Source of the DNA: Nitrosopumilus sp.
Lineage (GTDB): Archaea; Thermoproteota; Nitrososphaeria; Nitrososphaerales; Nitrosopumilaceae
Direction: 5' to 3'
Length of the DNA: 64,000 nucleotides
Assembly: GCA_965204345.1 (NCBI GenBank)
Contig: OZ241981.1
Coordinates: forward strand, 768,001 to 832,000
The notes under the pieces are model-generated. The model was not told where the DNA came from and did no database searches. It worked only from the letters and a program-made list of their open reading frames with translations. The translations under genes were made by a program, and so were the position numbers. Shown one piece after another: positions 9,013 to 19,789 of this stretch (position 1 is the first letter of the stretch; the number at the start of each line of letters is the position of its first letter).

Positions 9013-11048
9013 ATAGCAATGATTGCAACAAATATAGGTACGAAAACTATTGCAATGGTGTTTAGTAGTTTAATCACAGTGTTAAGTGCAGGACCCGCAG
9101 TATCTTTGTAGGGATCACCGATGATGTCTCCGACTACAGCAACCTTATGAACATCAGAGCCTTTTTCACCTTTCATTTCAACAAGTTTCTTTGCATTATC
9201 CCATGCACCGCCGGTATTTGCCAAATGATATGCCAGTAAGATTCCAGTAACAACTGAGCCCATCAGCAGTCCTGCTACTGCAGTCGGACCTAGCAGAATT
9301 CCCAAGATAATTGGGGCAATGACTGCAACCATAGCCGGCTTCCACAGTTCCCTGATGGATGCAACAGTGGCAATATCTACACATCTAGCATAATCAGGTT
9401 TTGAGGTTCCAGCAAGAATTCCAGTATCTGCCTTGAATTGACGTCTTACCTCATCAACCATTTTTCCGGCAGCACGGGATACGCCGTTAATGAGTTGGCC
9501 TGTAATGATAAATGGAATCAGGCCACCAACTAGCAACCCTACTATAATTGCAGGATTAGTCAAGATGTAATCTAACTCCATACGATCAGCGAAAAAATGA
9601 GCAGCCTCGAATTGGAATGCCTGAATCATGGCCAAAGCAGCTAGTGCGGCACTTGCAATTGCAAATCCCTTGGTTACAGCTTTGGTAGTGTTTCCAACTG
9701 CATCAATCTCGTCTGTAACCTTGCGATTTTCTTCGCCCATTCCAGTCATCTCAACAATTCCACCTGCATTATCTGCAATTGGACCAAATGCATCTATACT
9801 GAGAACAATTCCTGCAAGGCTTAGCATGGCCATTGCAGTTAAAGCAGTGCCAAAGATTCCATAAAGTATCGGGTCTGCACCTTCAGGAGCTGCTGCAGAT
9901 GCAATGCTGTAAGATAGGATAATTGCGACAACCAATGTAATCATGAAGGGCCCTGTAGATTGCATGCCTTTGATAATTCCCATTAGGGTCAATGATGCAT
10001 ATCCCCATTTTGCAGAATCTGCAATTTCATTGACCGGCTTTTGTTTGTAACTAGTGTAATAATCAGTAATCTTCTGAATGACTGGAACGAGAATTACGCC
10101 AATGACAGTGGAGCCAAAGAGGGCATATGATGCTGAAGAATCCCCAATGAACTGCGTGATAAATACATAGTTGAGTCCAATTGCAATTGCTGCAGAAACA
10201 TAAAACGAGCGATTAAGGGGCTTCATAACGTCTGTAATATTCTTAGAGCCGACAATTACAACTCCAATGATGGATGCAATCATTCCAGACGAGCCAATTA
10301 AAATTGGATAAAGGAAAAAGTTTGGTGCTCCAATCAATGCTGCAATTAACAGTGCCGCAAGAATTGTCACAATATAAGACTCGTAGACATCGGAACCCAT
10401 TCCAGCTGCATCGCCGACATTGTCTCCAACGTTATCTGCAATTGTTGCAGGGTTTCTAGGATCATCTTCTGGAATATTTGCCTCGACTTTTCCTACCAAG
10501 TCAGCGCCCATATCTGCTGCCTTTGTGAAAATGCCGCCCCCTATCCTAATGAATAGTGCGATGAGACTGGCTCCAATTCCCACACCTGCAATTGTGATTG
10601 GGTCTGGATAAACCAAATAAAGTCCAGTAATTGCCAACAATGCCATTGCGGGAACTGCAAGACCAACTGTGGCACCTCCTCTAAAGGCCATAGCAAACGT
10701 CTGCCCAAGGCCACTGCCACTTAGATTTGCAGCCCTGACTGCTGTCTTTACTGTAATTTTTAGGGAGATAATTCCTGCTACTGCAGAAAGCGTGGCACCT
10801 ACTGCAAATGCAATTCCGTTTGAGCTATGCAAGAAGATGCCAATAACTAGGGATAATCCAATAGATACCGGAATGATAATTTTCATCTCTCTTTTGAGAA
10901 ATGCAGAAGCTCCTTCCTTGACGGCATTGGAGATGTCCATCATTTCTTTTGTTCCTGCCGGTTGCTTGACAATCCATGCAACCAAGCCAGCTGCAACTAA
11001 AAATGATGCAATACCTGCGATAAATGGCAGAATCTCAGCTATTTCCAT
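9009..11048 (-). CDS. hppA: Membrane-bound H+-translocating pyrophosphatase, K+-independent type
   Basis: GGGIFTKAADMGADLVGKVE, EDDPRNPATIADNVGDNVGD, GGAWDNAKK, GDPYKDT; GNTTKA lysine signature indicates K+-independence. Confidence 0.93.
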   Translation of the reverse strand: MEIAEILPFIAGIASFLVAAGLVAWIVKQPAGTKEMMDISNAVKEGASAFLKREMKIIIPVSIGLSLVIGIFLHSSNGIAFAVGATLSAVAGIISLKITVKTAVRAANLSGSGLGQTFAMAFRGGATVGLAVPAMALLAITGLYLVYPDPITIAGVGIGASLIALFIRIGGGIFTKAADMGADLVGKVEANIPEDDPRNPATIADNVGDNVGDAAGMGSDVYESYIVTILAALLIAALIGAPNFFLYPILIGSSGMIASIIGVVIVGSKNITDVMKPLNRSFYVSAAIAIGLNYVFITQFIGDSSASYALFGSTVIGVILVPVIQKITDYYTSYKQKPVNEIADSAKWGYASLTLMGIIKGMQSTGPFMITLVVAIILSYSIASAAAPEGADPILYGIFGTALTAMAMLSLAGIVLSIDAFGPIADNAGGIVEMTGMGEENRKVTDEIDAVGNTTKAVTKGFAIASAALAALAMIQAFQFEAAHFFADRMELDYILTNPAIIVGLLVGGLIPFIITGQLINGVSRAAGKMVDEVRRQFKADTGILAGTSKPDYARCVDIATVASIRELWKPAMVAVIAPIILGILLGPTAVAGLLMGSVVTGILLAYHLANTGGAWDNAKKLVEMKGEKGSDVHKVAVVGDIIGDPYKDTAGPALNTVIKLLNTIAIVFVPIFVAIIAI

Positions 11049-11084
11049 AATATACTTTGCTTGCTTGAACCTAGTAAATATAAA

Positions 11085-11465
11085 TCAAATAGAGAAAGCC
11101 CTGCTGCCTCTTTTTCTATAGGGAGGAAATGTTTTCCCCCTTAGTCCTTGTCTTACTAGTTTATTGAATCGCTTGCCATGGGCAAGATAAGGAAAGCGCA
11201 TATGGATTAGCTCATGTACGATCGTATTCTCCAAAGTTTTCTCATCAGGGATTTTTCTAACATTAAGAAAAACAAGATTATGCTGCAGATAGGATACCCC
11301 ATAGTATTTGTAGGCAGAGGTCCGTCTGCCTTGGGTCATCTCTTTTGGAGCATCCAAGACATCCTTGGTGGTAAGAAAGACTTGTGGCTCGGAGATGGAA
11401 AATCTATTAGAGTATATGCCGACTTTTTCTAGAATCTGTAACGTAAGATCAGGATCAAGTTTCAC
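11085..11465 (-). CDS. Small zincin-like metallopeptidase domain protein (SprT/YgjP-like)
   Basis: TIVHELIH (HExxH) followed by H (AHGKRF). Confidence 0.7.
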   Translation of the reverse strand: MKLDPDLTLQILEKVGIYSNRFSISEPQVFLTTKDVLDAPKEMTQGRRTSAYKYYGVSYLQHNLVFLNVRKIPDEKTLENTIVHELIHMRFPYLAHGKRFNKLVRQGLRGKTFPPYRKRGSRAFSI

Positions 11466-11626
11466 AGCATTAGATCACAGAATCTGTGTTTATCCTAAAG
11501 AGTCAAATGTTGTATAAAATTTGGTGTATAATTATTTGTGAGTGTAAGAGGGATCAGGAATTAATGAGGTCAGAGGTTTTAGTAGGGTAATCACAAATCA
11601 TACAGCCACCGTCTCATCACACCCCA

Positions 11627-12121
11627 TTATTCCATCAAGTCAAGTAAGCCTTGTGCTTTATTTCTAATTTCTGGAGTAATAACTACTATTACTAGCCCCT
11701 CGTTTGGCTGACCGTACATGACAACAGAGTTCTCAGGGGCATAAACGCATGCTGGAAGAACTAGAAGATCTTCCTCCCCGTTTACAAAAATCCTTACCGG
11801 AGAATCCATAGCAAATGCCTTTTTGATCATGGAGATGCTTTGAGAGGTGATTTCTGCTGCAGGATTCTCAACTGCCAACTCTGTCGCATTTTCTAATTTT
11901 GGGGGATCCCTTTTTTTTCGTCTCTCCTGTCCGTCAACAATCTGCAATGACGGGACCAGGTCAAAACCAATCATTTTTTCAGTAGTTCTATCGCCGACAG
12001 TAACCAGGTACGGGTTTTTTGAGAGATATCTTTGTACATCATCTTTTTTGGCCTGGTCTTCAGGCAACAGTATCCCCAAAGGAACTTTCATCTGGTCTCT
12101 AAGAGAATCAGGTAATTTCAC
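11627..12121 (-). CDS. GTP-dependent dephospho-CoA kinase (DUF359 family)
   Basis: VTVGD.TT, IVDG, V.NP...I, VNGEEDLL.LP, YGQPNEG.V. Confidence 0.85.
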   Translation of the reverse strand: MKLPDSLRDQMKVPLGILLPEDQAKKDDVQRYLSKNPYLVTVGDRTTEKMIGFDLVPSLQIVDGQERRKKRDPPKLENATELAVENPAAEITSQSISMIKKAFAMDSPVRIFVNGEEDLLVLPACVYAPENSVVMYGQPNEGLVIVVITPEIRNKAQGLLDLME

Positions 12122-12132
12122 AGGAATCGGGA

Positions 12133-13245
12133 TTAGTTTGTATCTGCCTCAGGAGCTGGTTCCTTGCCAGAGTTTTCAGATTCCATCTCTTCTTGAAGAT
12201 TAGCTGCAATAATGCTACACTGTGCTGCAATATTTTTTGCACTGGTTCTAAATGCTTCTGCACTGGGAGAGTCAGGATTTGTGATCATGATTGGCTTGCC
12301 CAAGTCAGAACCTGCCATGATTCCAGAATTTAATGGGATTTCACCTAGGAAAGGCATGTTAAATCGTTCGCTGATCTTCTTTGCACCGCCCTCGCCAAAG
12401 ATGTAGTGTTTGTCATCACAGTTTGGACAAACAAAATGACTCATGTTTTCAACGACTCCGATGATTGGAACGTTTAGTTTTTCAAACATTGAGACTGCTT
12501 TAACTGCAACATCGCTTGCAACATCTTGAGGAGTTGTAACCACAAGGATTCCCGTAATTGGGATAGTTTGTGCAAGGGTTAGCGGAATATCACCGGTTCC
12601 AGGCGGAAGATCTACAATCAGGTAATCCAGCTCAGACCAATTTGTATCTACTAGGAACTGTTTTAAAATTCCAGAGATGATTGGACCGCGATAAATTGCA
12701 GCCTGGTTTGATTGATCAGCAAAAAATCCAAAAGATACAACTTTTAACCCATTTGAATCGGCAGGCTGTAATTTATTTTCCTCAACTTCCATAAACCCGT
12801 CTTTCATTCCAAGCATCAGTGGAATACTGGGCCCATAGATATCAGCATCCAACAAGCCGACTTTGGCTCCGGATTGAGATAGTGCCAGTGCCAGGTTTAA
12901 GGAAACAGTTGATTTTCCAACGCCGCCTTTTCCGCTAGCAACGCCTATAATGTTTTTGACAGTTGTCATGCCAGTATCATCATCAAGTGAGCGGCCTTCC
13001 ATGACTTTGGCAGTAACATCCATATCAAAATTTTTCAAATCAGAAAGTTCGGCAATCGCTTTTCGGACATCATCCTCGATTTCAACATTAAACGGGCATG
13101 CAGGAGTTGTCAGTTCCAAGGTAAATTTGAGATTTCCGTCATTGAGCTCCAAGTTTTTAATCATGCCCATAGATACAATATCCTTTTTCAAATCAGGATC
13201 AATTACAGTGCTAAGTTTTTCAAGAACTTGATCGATTCCAACCAT
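12133..13245 (-). CDS. Mrp/NBP35 (ApbC) Fe-S cluster carrier ATPase
   Basis: N-terminal DUF59 (LTTPACP), SGKGGVGKST, DADIYGPS, DLPPGTGD, ENMS..CPNC. Confidence 0.92.
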   Translation of the reverse strand: MVGIDQVLEKLSTVIDPDLKKDIVSMGMIKNLELNDGNLKFTLELTTPACPFNVEIEDDVRKAIAELSDLKNFDMDVTAKVMEGRSLDDDTGMTTVKNIIGVASGKGGVGKSTVSLNLALALSQSGAKVGLLDADIYGPSIPLMLGMKDGFMEVEENKLQPADSNGLKVVSFGFFADQSNQAAIYRGPIISGILKQFLVDTNWSELDYLIVDLPPGTGDIPLTLAQTIPITGILVVTTPQDVASDVAVKAVSMFEKLNVPIIGVVENMSHFVCPNCDDKHYIFGEGGAKKISERFNMPFLGEIPLNSGIMAGSDLGKPIMITNPDSPSAEAFRTSAKNIAAQCSIIAANLQEEMESENSGKEPAPEADTN

Positions 13246-13394
13246 TGCGTCAAAAAGTCAGTTGACATTATTTAAACATAAGTTAGATATACAAAGAAAT
13301 TGACACTAATTGGGAAGACAAGAAAAAATTTTGGTAATTTGAGCCTCAAAACACCTAAACATTCATAAATTGAAATTCGAGAAAAACTGTACAT

Positions 13395-13991
13395 TTGTTT
13401 TCTATATCTACCCTAGTTGATGTTGTTAGGATTCCCCCAAGCTTGTTTGGAACCACGCTCAAAAAGGCCGCAATAAACATTCTCAAGGAAAAGTATGAGA
13501 GTATGATCAATGCAGACTTGGGATACATCATTATGATTTTAGATGCCAAAGTCGATGAAATGGGAAAGATGATTGCAGGAGATGGCGGAACATTTCACAA
13601 AGTTGAGTTTGAAGCATTGACGTTTTATCCAAAATTACAAGAAATTGTTCAGGGAGAGATTGTAGACATTACGGACTTTGGAGCATTTGTAAGAATTGGC
13701 CCAACTGATGCACTTCTTCACTTGTCACAGATAATGGATGACTATCTAAAGAGTGATGTTAAATCGGGAATGATTCTAGCTAATCAGAGCGGAAGAACAC
13801 TCAAAGTCGGTTCCACGCTTCGTGTAAGAATTACTGCCGTATCATTAGGAAAAGCTGCTGCAATGGGCAAGATTGGAATTACATGCAGACAGCCATTTTT
13901 AGGTGCAGATGAATGGATTGCCGAGGAAATTAAAAAGGCCGGAGGCGAGGAAGCCGAACCAGCAAAAAAAGACAAAGTAGAGGCAAGCTAA
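13395..13991 (+). CDS. rpo7: DNA-directed RNA polymerase subunit E' (Rpo7)
   Basis: DVVRIPP..FG, GDGG, S1 domain FGAFVRIGP.DALLH.SQI.DD, QPFLG. Confidence 0.93.
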   Translation: MFSISTLVDVVRIPPSLFGTTLKKAAINILKEKYESMINADLGYIIMILDAKVDEMGKMIAGDGGTFHKVEFEALTFYPKLQEIVQGEIVDITDFGAFVRIGPTDALLHLSQIMDDYLKSDVKSGMILANQSGRTLKVGSTLRVRITAVSLGKAAAMGKIGITCRQPFLGADEWIAEEIKKAGGEEAEPAKKDKVEAS

Positions 13992-13992
13992 G

Positions 13993-14181
13993 ATGGCACG
14001 AGAGATGGCATGTCGCAAATGTAAATTTGTAACAACCAGCAAGGTCTGTCCAGGATGCAAGTCATCGGATTTAACACCGGATTGGAATGGGGTTGTACTA
14101 GTGGTGGATCCTACAAATTCAGAAATTTCAAAAACACTAGGCATTACCCAGAAAGGCAAGTATGCAATCAAAGTAACATAA
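13993..14181 (+). CDS. spt4: Transcription elongation factor Spt4 (RpoE'')
   Basis: ACRKC...CPGC...W.G......P..SEI...LGI...GKYAIKV. Confidence 0.92.
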   Translation: MAREMACRKCKFVTTSKVCPGCKSSDLTPDWNGVVLVVDPTNSEISKTLGITQKGKYAIKVT

Positions 14182-14215
14182 AATCTTTAAAATCAAAACA
14201 ATAATTATCAATACG

Positions 14216-15031
14216 TTGGCATTTAACTACAAAAAACAACTGCTGCAATTTCTTGCAGAAGATATTGGCAAAGGGGATATTACAAGTAGCTTGATATCAG
14301 AGAAAAAGATATCAGCCAGAATTATACCCAGAGAAAAAGCTGTGTTAGGGGGGGTAGCATATGCCAAAAAAATTTTCAAAATTAGGGGATGCAGTGTCAG
14401 GGTACTAAAAAAAGACGGCTCAAAAATAGGACCTAGTCAGACAATTATGACCATTACCGGAAATGCAGGGGACATACTCACATGCGAAAGGACTGCCCTG
14501 AATCTCCTGACAAGAATGAGTGGAATTGCAACGCAGACAGACTTTCTTGTGAAAAAAATTCCAAACAGAGTAAAATTATATGCAACAAGAAAGACAGCGC
14601 CAGGACTAAGATATTTTGACAAGGAAGCAGTCAGGATAGGAGGGGGACAAAGACACAGGCTCAGATTAGATGAAATGGTAATGATTAAGGATAATCATAT
14701 TGCCGCAGAAGGGTCATTGTCGGCTTTGATAAAAAAGGCAAAAAGAAAGCATAAAAAATTTGAGGTAGAGGTTGAAAATACATCAGATGCAGTAATGGCT
14801 GCAAGAGAAGGGGCAACAATAGTCATGCTAGATAATTTCTCGCCAGGGCAGATTAAAAAGACAGTTCAGGCGCTCAAAAGTCAAAGATTAAGGGGTGCCG
14901 TTATGCTAGAGGCATCCGGAGGGATTAATGCCAAAAACATATCACAGTATGGAAAAACAGGAGTCGACATAATCTCGGTGGGAAGCATTACAAGTTCCGT
15001 AAAAGGCATTGATATGAGCTTGGAGATTTAA
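14216..15031 (+). CDS. nadC: Nicotinate-nucleotide diphosphorylase (quinolinate phosphoribosyltransferase)
   Basis: ED...GDIT, ERTALN...MSGIAT, TRKTAPGLR, MIKDNH, EVEV, MLDN, EASGGI. Confidence 0.95.
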   Translation: MAFNYKKQLLQFLAEDIGKGDITSSLISEKKISARIIPREKAVLGGVAYAKKIFKIRGCSVRVLKKDGSKIGPSQTIMTITGNAGDILTCERTALNLLTRMSGIATQTDFLVKKIPNRVKLYATRKTAPGLRYFDKEAVRIGGGQRHRLRLDEMVMIKDNHIAAEGSLSALIKKAKRKHKKFEVEVENTSDAVMAAREGATIVMLDNFSPGQIKKTVQALKSQRLRGAVMLEASGGINAKNISQYGKTGVDIISVGSITSSVKGIDMSLEI

Positions 15032-15420
15032 GGGGACAGTTCCTTTAACAAGTCAGACACGGTCTTGTTTTTTGGATCGACTTCTTGAATTTTTTCACAG
15101 CACTGAATTGCATGTTTGATCTGCCCTAATTTTTGATGCGAATATGCCTTTAGCAGTAAGACATCTACATCGTAATTTCCAATATCAAGTGCCCTATCAA
15201 AATAAGATATTGCGTTTTTGTATCTCTTTTTTAGATAATAAATCCCACCCAGAGTAAAGAGGACATCATGGTTGTTTGGTGCTTTTTGCAGATATTCTGT
15301 GCCTAATTTTACAGATTCTGAATATTTTTTCTCTTTGACTAGCTTTTTGAATTTTTTTAGCTTTTGAATATTTTCTTTTTGTTTGGGATCTTTTGGGGTT
15401 CTAGAAAACAAGCCAGTCAT
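15028..15420 (-). CDS. Tetratricopeptide repeat protein
   Basis: Repeated TPR pattern (LG..Y......A..YF..AL; KA.....LG....AI..C......DP.N). Confidence 0.8.
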   Translation of the reverse strand: MTGLFSRTPKDPKQKENIQKLKKFKKLVKEKKYSESVKLGTEYLQKAPNNHDVLFTLGGIYYLKKRYKNAISYFDRALDIGNYDVDVLLLKAYSHQKLGQIKHAIQCCEKIQEVDPKNKTVSDLLKELSP

Positions 15421-15432
15421 AATTGGAATCAT

Positions 15433-16389
15433 TTAGCTTATTGCAAGCATTCTATCAATTGCTAAACGGGCTTTGTCTGCAATGTCTTTGGAGACGGTAA
15501 CTATATTTTTTTCATTGACTAGTGCATCATAGACCTTCTCAAGCGTAATCATTTTCATGTACTGGCACTCTGCCTTTTCAGATGCCGGAATGAATGTTTT
15601 CTCGGGGTTTTGCTGCCTCATTTTATATAAAATTCCAGTTTCAGTTGCAACGACAAAATTTTTGGATTTGGATTTGCTAACATGGTTTAGCATTCCCTCA
15701 GTAGAAAGAATTGAAACTTTTTGATCATCATAGCCTCCATCAGCTACATCATACATCATGGGAGTAGTGCAGCTACATTCAGGATGTATGACAAACTCAG
15801 CATCTGTCATGGATTCTAGTTTTTTAGTTACATCATCAGGAGTGATGCCGGCATGAACGTGGCATTCACCTGCCCAAATATACATATTTTTTCTTCCGGT
15901 CATTTTTGCAACATACGATCCCAAAAACATGTCAGGTAAAAATAATATCTCCCTGTCCTCAGGGATTGCCTTGACTACATTAACAGCATTAGAAGAAGTA
16001 CAGCAATAGTCTAGCTCAGACTTGATTTGCGCTGTAGTGTTAACATAACCCACGGTAATGGCACCGGGATGCTGTTTTTTCCAGTTTTTTAACTCGTCTA
16101 CAGTAATTGAATCAGACAATGAACACCCAGCCTCTAAATCAGGCAGCAGGACTTTTTTTTCAGGACTGATAATGGCAGCAGTTTCGGCCATAAAATTTAC
16201 CCCACAGAAAAGAATTGTTTTTTGAGGAACAATTGCGGCCTGCCTGGACAGACCCAAAGAGTCGCCGGTAAAATCAGATATGTCTTGCACGTCAGGAATC
16301 TGATAATTATGTGCCAGAATTACCACGTCTTTTTCTTTTTTGAGTTTCAGAATTTTGTCTTTGAGTTCTGAGGCTTGTTGTACTAGCAT
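15433..16389 (-). CDS. nadA: Quinolinate synthase
   Basis: ILAHNYQ, GDSL, FCGV.FMAETA, AGCSL, CCTSSNA, C.VH, HPEC, C.YMK. Confidence 0.95.
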   Translation of the reverse strand: MLVQQASELKDKILKLKKEKDVVILAHNYQIPDVQDISDFTGDSLGLSRQAAIVPQKTILFCGVNFMAETAAIISPEKKVLLPDLEAGCSLSDSITVDELKNWKKQHPGAITVGYVNTTAQIKSELDYCCTSSNAVNVVKAIPEDREILFLPDMFLGSYVAKMTGRKNMYIWAGECHVHAGITPDDVTKKLESMTDAEFVIHPECSCTTPMMYDVADGGYDDQKVSILSTEGMLNHVSKSKSKNFVVATETGILYKMRQQNPEKTFIPASEKAECQYMKMITLEKVYDALVNEKNIVTVSKDIADKARLAIDRMLAIS

Positions 16390-16482
16390 AAACTAAAAAA
16401 AAATGAATTTGCGGGGATTTAAAGAATGGGAAGCAGACCAGAATTATATGAAAAATTAGCAAACATGGCAATTATTGCCATA

Positions 16483-17301
16483 TTACGTGCCAATCTGAAT
16501 GCCATCTGAGCAGTATTTTTTCAAAGTTTGTATTGCAGATAAAATTGCCAATCGGCTTGTTTTGGGGTTATTGGCATCAGGCAGGTTTTCAATATTAAAG
16601 GTCATTCTTCCAAACTTTCCCCGGGCCTCTATATGGTGAATATTTTTGTCAGTGCTGGGATCAGCGACAATTTTTACAGCAGTTTTATCACTGCCGATTC
16701 CAGACAAAGACAGTAATGCGGCAACGTTGATGTTGGCAGGGAATAAGGATACGGCTTCCTTTGCAGTACCCTCATAGATTGTTGTTGGTTTGGCAATAGA
16801 ATCCAGATCAATGTCAAAAGTTTCAAAAAATGTTGCACCTTTCAAAGAATTAGGGTGCTTGGTAGTGGTAATAGATACTGATTCTAACTCGTCTTTTACG
16901 GATTTCAAGCCATCTAAACCGGCAATTGCGCCAGATGGAAGATATATTGTTTTTCTGAAATGACTGCATGCATCATGCAAAATATCATAAATGGATTCAT
17001 CAAGTAATGCACCAACACTCATAATCATAAGATCTTTTTTGTTTTGTAAGATGCTCAAAGACACGTCCCTTACGGCATCTTGTGATGCGGCTTCGACAAC
17101 AATGTCAACAGGATTTGAGGATAGCAGATGAGAATTGGCAGTAATTTCAGGTTTGTGTGTTAGCTTGCTGACCAACAACTCTGATTTTTCTTTGGATTCA
17201 TCAAAAACGTGTGTGAGGGTTGCAGGTATTTGACCAGAGTCAATTGCAATGGCAATCTGAGTTCCCATAACACCACATCCCAACAAACCTATGCGTTTCA
17301 A
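16483..17301 (-). CDS. nadX: L-aspartate dehydrogenase
   Basis: GLLGCG.MG, VEAAS, SVGAL, PSGAIAGLD, FPANINVA, NPKTSRLA; clustered with nadA/nadC. Confidence 0.9.
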   Translation of the reverse strand: MKRIGLLGCGVMGTQIAIAIDSGQIPATLTHVFDESKEKSELLVSKLTHKPEITANSHLLSSNPVDIVVEAASQDAVRDVSLSILQNKKDLMIMSVGALLDESIYDILHDACSHFRKTIYLPSGAIAGLDGLKSVKDELESVSITTTKHPNSLKGATFFETFDIDLDSIAKPTTIYEGTAKEAVSLFPANINVAALLSLSGIGSDKTAVKIVADPSTDKNIHHIEARGKFGRMTFNIENLPDANNPKTSRLAILSAIQTLKKYCSDGIQIGT

Positions 17302-17423
17302 GCGACTATTCTAGAAATTATCACTTAATTAATCTAAAAGAAAGAGATGATAGAGCCAGTGGATCAGTTTTGTCAAGATTCAGCATAACCTAAAGATTTT
17401 ATTCAAATCTACAAAGTATTGGT

Positions 17424-18260
17424 GTGCTCAATACAGTATACAAAGATGCAATTCTCAACAGAGACAAGATGCTCTCAATCCTAAGGGGGCCAAAATTTGA
17501 CCAGATTTTGCAAAAAGCACGGGATAACTGGGTTGAATTTACGCCTACAAAAGAGAAAGTAGTCACAGCAGGAATAGACAGTAGTTTTAACAGCACTAAA
17601 TTTCAGGGAGTTGAGTTATGGGCAACAACTGCTGTATCAATAAAATCAGACGGAGAAATCATAGTTGATCTGCACAGATCAGGACTAAATGCCACAGAGG
17701 ACATTTCAAGTGTTGCAAGCAAGATGGAGATTGAAGCTTGTCAGAAAACAGTGGATGAGGTAGACATGGTGTTAATGGATGGTTCTTTGCATTCTCAACT
17801 AATGACAAGACAGGCAAACTTAGGATCTGCAATTGTAAGAATAATGAAAAAGAGAAACAATGTCGTCTTTGTTGCAAAGACATCAAACACAAAAAAACAA
17901 TTTGAAAACTTGGGTTCTCTTGCAGGAGATATCTTCTATTACAATCACGTCACAAATAATCCAGGATTTAGCAGGATTTTTGTAGAAAAAAAATATGGTT
18001 CTGATAAAATAATCTCATCCACATTTGTAAGACTAAGTAACTCAACTCCAATGATCAAGCTGGAGTTTTTGGGAGATGGCCATGATGAATCTGAGATCAA
18101 GTCAACTATGAACAAATTATACAAGACCAGCATTGGAGGATATCCATATGCGCTAAAGCTTGCGCATAAGAACTGTAAAATATCTGATAAAGAACTTGCA
18201 AAGATGGTCAGTCTGCTAGGATTAAGCAATGAAATAGGATCACGGGAGGTACTGGGTTGA
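17424..18260 (+). CDS. nurA: DNA double-strand break repair nuclease NurA
   Basis: AGIDSS, LMDGSL, VAKTS, GYPYALKLAH; first gene of nurA-herA-mre11-rad50. Confidence 0.9.
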   Translation: MLNTVYKDAILNRDKMLSILRGPKFDQILQKARDNWVEFTPTKEKVVTAGIDSSFNSTKFQGVELWATTAVSIKSDGEIIVDLHRSGLNATEDISSVASKMEIEACQKTVDEVDMVLMDGSLHSQLMTRQANLGSAIVRIMKKRNNVVFVAKTSNTKKQFENLGSLAGDIFYYNHVTNNPGFSRIFVEKKYGSDKIISSTFVRLSNSTPMIKLEFLGDGHDESEIKSTMNKLYKTSIGGYPYALKLAHKNCKISDKELAKMVSLLGLSNEIGSREVLG

Positions 18261-19789
18261 GCTTAGGTTTTGTAATAGGTGAATCAAAACCGGCATTAGT
18301 GACAGCAATAACATCAAGGGCATTATCAGTAGGGGAATATATCAAGATTAATTCAGATGAGGGGGAAATACTAGGATTGGTGGAAAGATCCTCAGTATCT
18401 AGTGCGGCATTTACAGATGTGAAGAATTTTGATGAGGCATCAGAAAGTACAGAAATTGCAGAATTAAACAAGAGGGATAAAACATTCACTGCAAACATTG
18501 GGATTTTGGGATTTTTAGAAAATCTAAGAAGAGGACAGTCAATCATACCGGCAATTCCGCCAATTCCAGGCACAGAGATCACGCTGCCAAGTAAAGATGA
18601 TTTGGATGAAATCTTCAGTCCAAGAAAAGAAGGATGGGTGGGCATTGGAAATCTTTTACGAAATAAATCCATTGATGCCAAAGTGAATTTAGATAAAATA
18701 GTTTCAAGACATTTGGGTATTTTGGCAATGACAGGAATGGGTAAAAGTAATTTGGTGTCACTAGTTACAAAACAAATTTCAAAATTAAAAGGTACGGTGA
18801 TAATTTTTGACTATCACAATGACTATACAAGTTTGAGTATTCCACGTATCAATGTAATTGATGCAAAAATTAATCCGAGATTATTAGATGCAGACCAACT
18901 CTCAGAGGTATTGGAAATAAGGGACGGGGCAAATGTACAGCAGCGTGTTTTAAGAATGGCATTTACAAAGCAGGTAAAAGAATCAAAGGAATTTTGGAAT
19001 AAATTGGAAAGTGAGGTAGACTATATTATAAATTCAGACGACAAAAAATTAAAAGAAATTAGGACATCAGCATACAGAGTTCTAGACATCATAAAAGAGG
19101 GGCAAAGAAGATTTGAGGACATATTAGATCCGGACATTGGAGACCCGATTAGTTTCATTAAAGAGGGCAGGACAAACATCCTAGACATATCAGAGCTATC
19201 AGAAAAACAGGCAAATGTAGCAGTTGCATTTTATTTACAACAGCTACTCAAAGACAGAAAAGATGCAAGTACAGCACGGCATGGAAAAACAAAGAGGGAC
19301 AGGAATTTCAGATTCAATTCTCCAATATTTGTGATCATTGAAGAGGCTCATGTATTCATTCCAAAGGATCATGACACTAGCGCAAAATATTGGGCTGCAA
19401 AAATTGCAAGGGAAGGCAGGAAATTCGGTTTGGGTTTGGGAATAGTATCACAAAGACCACGCAGTGTAGACCTTAATGTACTCAGCCAAATGGGCTCATT
19501 TGCAATTATGAAAATAATACAAGAAGACGACCAGAGACAGATAGCCTCAGCTACAGAGTCAACCAGCCGTGAACTAATTTCCCAGCTAACGTCACTGAAC
19601 ATAGGTGATGCAGTACTAGTCGGACAATGGACAAACCTCCCTTCACTGGTTCATGTTGAAGAGGTAAAAGAAAAGATCATGGGAGGGGACCAAAGCGCAG
19701 TGGATGCATGGGCAAAAGCAGACAAAATGAAAGATGTTGCAGTAGAATCAACGCAAGGATTAGTACAAAAAGATTTGTTGTTAGACTAA
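18257..19789 (+). CDS. herA: DNA double-strand break repair helicase HerA
   Basis: N-terminal HAS barrel, RHLGILAMTGMGKSN, IFDYH, IEEAH, IAREGRKFG, SQRP. Confidence 0.93.
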   Translation: MSLGFVIGESKPALVTAITSRALSVGEYIKINSDEGEILGLVERSSVSSAAFTDVKNFDEASESTEIAELNKRDKTFTANIGILGFLENLRRGQSIIPAIPPIPGTEITLPSKDDLDEIFSPRKEGWVGIGNLLRNKSIDAKVNLDKIVSRHLGILAMTGMGKSNLVSLVTKQISKLKGTVIIFDYHNDYTSLSIPRINVIDAKINPRLLDADQLSEVLEIRDGANVQQRVLRMAFTKQVKESKEFWNKLESEVDYIINSDDKKLKEIRTSAYRVLDIIKEGQRRFEDILDPDIGDPISFIKEGRTNILDISELSEKQANVAVAFYLQQLLKDRKDASTARHGKTKRDRNFRFNSPIFVIIEEAHVFIPKDHDTSAKYWAAKIAREGRKFGLGLGIVSQRPRSVDLNVLSQMGSFAIMKIIQEDDQRQIASATESTSRELISQLTSLNIGDAVLVGQWTNLPSLVHVEEVKEKIMGGDQSAVDAWAKADKMKDVAVESTQGLVQKDLLLD